A stretch of DNA of 64,000 bases from the NCBI GenBank assembly GCA_002269645.1, contig NIVC01000543.1, positions 62,001 to 126,000 on the forward strand, given 5' to 3'. The DNA comes from Macrostomum lignano (Eukaryota). Each line of letters starts with the position of its first letter. Positions within the stretch are counted from its first letter, which is position 1. A model generated the notes under the pieces. That model worked only from the letters and a program-made list of their open reading frames with translations. It was not told where the DNA came from and made no database searches. Shown here one piece after another: positions 59,881 through 64,000 of this stretch. A program made the position numbers and the translations under genes.

Positions 59881-60528
59881 CAAAACAAACTAGCTCACAG
59901 ACCGAAAAATCACGTTAATCCATCATTATTGGGTGCAACAAAACAAACTAGCTCACAGACCGAAAAATCACGTTAATCCATCATTATTGGGTGCAACAAA
60001 ACAAACTAGCTCACAGACCGAAAAATCACGTTAATCCATCATTATTGGGTGCAACAAAACAAACTAGCTCACAGACCGAAAAATCACGTTAATCCATCAT
60101 TATTGGGTGCAACAAAACAAACTAGCTCACAGACCGAAAAATCACGTTAATCCATCATTATTGGGTGCAACAAAACAAACTAGCTCACAGACCGAAAAAT
60201 CACGTTAATCCATCATTATTGGGTGCAACAAAACAAACTAGCTCACAGACCGAAAAATCACGTTAATCCATCATTATTGGGTGCAACAAAACAAACTAGC
60301 TCACAGACCGAAAAATCACGTTAATCCATCATTATTGGGTGCAACAAAACAAACTAGCTCACAGACCGAAAAATCACGTTAATCCATCATTATTGGGTGC
60401 AACAAAACAAACTAGCTCACAGACCGAAAAATCACGTTAATCCATTATTATTGGGTGCAACAAAACAAACTAGCTCACAGACCGAAAAATCACGTTAATC
60501 CATTATTATTGGGTGCAACAAAACAAAC
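59881..60528. repeat. 58-bp tandem repeat, about 11 copies
   Basis: CAAAACAAACTAGCTCACAGACCGAAAAATCACGTTAATCCATCATTATTGGGTGCAA at 59881, 59939, 59997 and onward. Confidence 0.97.
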
Positions 60529-61006
60529 TGGAAAATAGTTTCGAGCAACCCTAATACGAAAAATATTAGTCGGCAAAAAGCTCTCCAATAGGAATATGGT
60601 ATTATTAATAAAAAGCATTGCAAGAGATTAGAATCAATTGCCAGCTCGGAGAGTTGAACACCAGCACATGGAATGGGACACAACACAGCGGTGGCAATGA
60701 GCCAAGTGTTTGGGGCAGCGGACTGTGACCAACTAAATCTGTACCAGTGCTGGGCCTGCATCAGAATCAGCGAATATAATAATTGCACACAATCGCACAC
60801 GAAGCGAAGATGGGTGAGGTGGTAGCAGATATATTCTGACGGGGACATTTATAAGCGCAATTACAAAGCGGGCTGACTGGCGACACCGAAATTTGATTGT
60901 GTCGGACAAACTCAGTGTCCCAAAAATACCGCATGGCAACAAGCACAACAGACAATCGGCTCGCTACGCAGTTGGGATTCTGCCACGAGAGGCATGAAGA
61001 ATGTCC

Positions 61007-61690
61007 AGGGAATCAACAGGCAGCGATTGGGGACTACTAAACGCCCAGAAACTTTCCTGCTGCCCTCAGGGAATCAACATGCAGCGATTAGGGACTACTA
61101 AACACCCAGAAACCTTCCTGCTGCCCTCAGGGAATCAACAGGCAGCGATTAGGGACTACTAAACACCCAGAAACTTTCCTGCTGCCCTCAGGGAATCAAC
61201 AGGCAGCGATTAGGGACTACTAAACGCCCAGAAACTTTCCTGCTGCCCTCAGGGAATCAACATGTAGCGATTGGGGACTACTAAACACCCAGAAACTTTC
61301 CTGCTGCCCTCAGGGAATCAACAGGCAGCGATTAGGGACTACTAAACACCCAGAAACTTTCCTGCTGCCCTCAGGGAATCAACAGGCAGCGATTAGGGAC
61401 TACTAAACACCCAGAAACTTTCCTGCTGCCCTCAGGGAATCAACAGACAGCGATTAGGGACTACTAAACGCTGCCCTCAGGGAATCAACAGGCAGCGATT
61501 AGGGACTACTAAACGCTGCCCTCAGGGAATCAACAGGCAGCGATTGGGGACTACTAAACACCCAGAAACTTTCCTGCTGCCCTCAGGGAATCAACAGGCA
61601 GCGATTAGGGACTACTAAACGCTGCCCTCAGGGAATCAACAGGCAGCGATTGGGGACTACTAAACACCCAGAAACTTTCCTGCTGCCCTC
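61007..61690. repeat. 61-bp tandem repeat with shortened variants, about 12 copies
   Basis: AGGGAATCAACAGGCAGCGATTAGGGACTACTAAACACCCAGAAACTTTCCTGCTGCCCTC. Three units lack the CCAGAAACTTTCCT segment. Confidence 0.95.
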
Positions 61691-61896
61691 GGCTAATGGT
61701 CAGGTGATAGGACAATTAACTTTATGACGTCCTAATGTTATTAGTAGTTTCTGGCGCGAGCAAGCTAGCAGGAATCCGCAGCAACCTGCCTTCTACTGCT
61801 AGTAGTATGGCTTACGAGAAGCATTTGCCTGAAAATGCACGATGACTGCCGAGATTCCCGGATCTTCCGCCCACCTGCGCGCTTAAGCCGCAATCG

Positions 61897-63942
61897 TCAG
61901 CCGGAATCTTCCATGCGGGTCTGCGCGTACAGCCGCAGGACGCGGTGCACGAATTCGTACTGTTCGTGTGAGTCGACCATGCCGCCGCGGTCCAAGCGCA
62001 GCTGGCAGACCGTTGCCAGGCAGTCGCAACTGCCGGTCTGGCGCAGCTGGCGCACACAGATGCAGATGGCGCAGAAGGTGCCGGTGCGGCCCAGCCCGGC
62101 GCTGCAATGGACGATGATCGGCGGTGGAAGGGACAGGCAGCTCTCGGCCAGGGAGAGCATGGAAGCCGAGCTGTCCGGCGACAGGTGGTCCGGCCAGTTG
62201 CGGAACCAGTAGTGCTGCAGGCTGAGCGCTGAATCCTCGGAAGGATGGTCCGCGTGCTGCGCGAGCAGGAAGGGAGGCGAAATGGGGAGATACCAGCAGG
62301 GAGATGACAGGGGATGTAGGGAGAGGACAGGGGAGGTAGGGAGATGACAGGGGAGGTAGGGAGATGACAGGGGGTAGGGAGATGACAGGGGAGGTAGGGA
62401 GATGACAGGGGAGGTAGGGAGATGACAGGGGAGGTAGGGAGATGACAGGCGAGGTAGGGAGATGACAGGGGAGGTAGGGAGATGACAGGGGAGGTAGGGA
62501 GATGACAGGGGAGGTAGGGAGATGACAGGGGAGGTAGGGAGATGACAGGGGAGGTAGGGAGATGACAGGGGAGGTAGGGAGATGACAGGGGAGGTAGGGA
62601 GATGACAGGGGAGGTAGGGAGATGACAGGGGAGGTAGGGAGATGACAGGGGAGGTAGGGAGATGACAGGGGAGGTAGGGAGATGACAGGGGAGGTAGGGA
62701 GAGGACAGGGAAGGTAGGGAGAGGACAGGGGAGGTAGGGAGATGACAGGGGAGGTAGGGAGAGGACAGGGGAGGTAGGGAGAGGACAGGGGAGGTAGGGA
62801 GAGGACAGGGGAGGTAGAGGACGGAGGCAGAGACAAGGAGAGAACATGGGAGGTGATGATGGGACAGAAACTTAGAGGTGGAACAGGGAAGAAGGCAGAA
62901 AACATGGGTAAAGTTGAGAACATGGGACACTGGCCAATAACACTCACAGTAAGCCGCAGCAGCCTGCGCTGATATCCTGCTGGGCAATCCTGCAGCTCTT
63001 CTAGCACGGTCTCCAGCTGGCCGTGCCGCATTCGATCGCCACAGTGCAGCGGAAAGTACAGGTGGCACTTGGGTCGCTCCCGCTCCACCAAGTCGGTCAG
63101 CATGACTATTGCGCTGGGTCGCTGCTCCCAAATCATCTGCCAGAAGTCCGTCACCGTGTCCGCCAGGGGACCCTACGCGGGAAAATAGGGAAGGCAAGAT
63201 TTGCTTTCAAATTTCCTTGACTTTGATAAACAAACTTAGACTGCTCATCGAAACGATCATATAGACAACAGACCTGCGTAGCAATGAAGCACTTTTCCGC
63301 GCGGAATGCGCCCCGCAGGAAATTGGCATTGATGTACTCGTCCTGCCGAATGGTGACCCGGGTGTCCGCATTAGGCACCATGGTCGGGTAGCGATTCTTT
63401 GGCGCCGCGCCCTCTGGCAGGTCGCACCGGCCAGCGTGGTGCATCGGTACATCCCAGAACTCCTTGAACAGCGCCTGCGGACTGGGGTTGGCGGCCAGCA
63501 GGTCTGCGGGCACCAGAGGCCGGCTCAGCGACTTCAGCAGGTCCCGCTCTTGGGCTCGCTCTGCCAAAGCCGATGGCTGCAGCGGCTGATGCAGCGGCTG
63601 CTGGCTGGAGGAGCCCAGCGAGATCGTGAGGCTGGCGGAGGAGCCGCGCCTGGATCCCAGCAACCCCTTGCCGGCCTGACGGCCCGAGGACCGGCTGGGC
63701 TGCGGTGCTCCCGCCGCGAATCCAGAAGGGCCAGCGGCACACACTGGCGGCTGCACCGGCCGCTCGATCAGTGCCGGTGGCTCCAACGGCGGCATCGAAG
63801 CGCTGACGGCAGCTGCCGCAGCCGCAGCGGATGAGGCAGCTGTCGGGCCTGACGACTGCGGCAGTGCGGACGACAGCGAGGACTTTCGCTTGCGGCGACA
63901 GCAGCAGAACCACTGGCGTTGGGTTGACAATTGGGGTGGCTG
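61897..63942 (-). CDS. KIM-containing protein tyrosine phosphatase (PTPRR/PTPN5/PTPN7-like), last three exons; 5' part outside the window
   Basis: Exons about 63942-63274, 63172-62948 and 62256-61897. KIM-like LGSRRGSSASLTI, KNRY, YINAN, IATQGPL, DFWQMIW, WPDH and HCSAGLGRTG are present. Confidence 0.92.
62299..62820. repeat. 21-bp G-rich minisatellite, about 25 copies, PTP last intron
   Basis: Unit GGGGAGGTAGGGAGATGACAG. Confidence 0.96.
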
Positions 63943-64000
63943 CTGTGAGCAGGAGAGCGCATGAGAACAGTGGCACCAGACAGCTTTGTGTGTGCGACAC

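Overview
Intron-containing metazoan DNA with GC-rich exons, AT-rich intergenic DNA and many minisatellites. The style resembles the flatworm Macrostomum, which is my inference and is not verified. I built nine spliced gene models by hand from GT-AG junctions and reading phase: TIM50 (-), AGO-clade Argonaute with an intact DEDH slicer tetrad (+), arrestin (-), a GPI-anchored Ly6/quiver-like protein (+), a DM9-repeat protein (-), IDH3A (-), KIF6 (-), TMEM168 (-) and a KIM-type tyrosine phosphatase (-, 5' end outside the window). Mobile DNA includes a complete Ty3/Gypsy (Mag-like) LTR element with TSD, PBS and PPT, a second Gypsy 3' fragment with a perfect 63-bp inverted duplication, and a full-length dead mariner. 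There is also a 2.8-kb non-autonomous Helitron carrying telomeric and satellite DNA, a Mutator/Foldback-type element with a 9-bp TSD, and several MITEs. More than 20 unrelated tandem arrays make up about 13.5 kb (about 21%) and explain most of the long ORFs in the track. The most unusual items are: (1) the last five codons plus stop of Argonaute amplified into a 15-copy array; (2) a 227-bp hairpin-rich insertion with Helentron-like ends and an Sm-like site; (3) a candidate trans-spliced operon; (4) an array of hairpin-plus-AATAAA units; (5) CpG-decay signatures across independent repeats. No CRISPR array, rRNA or intact tRNA gene was found.
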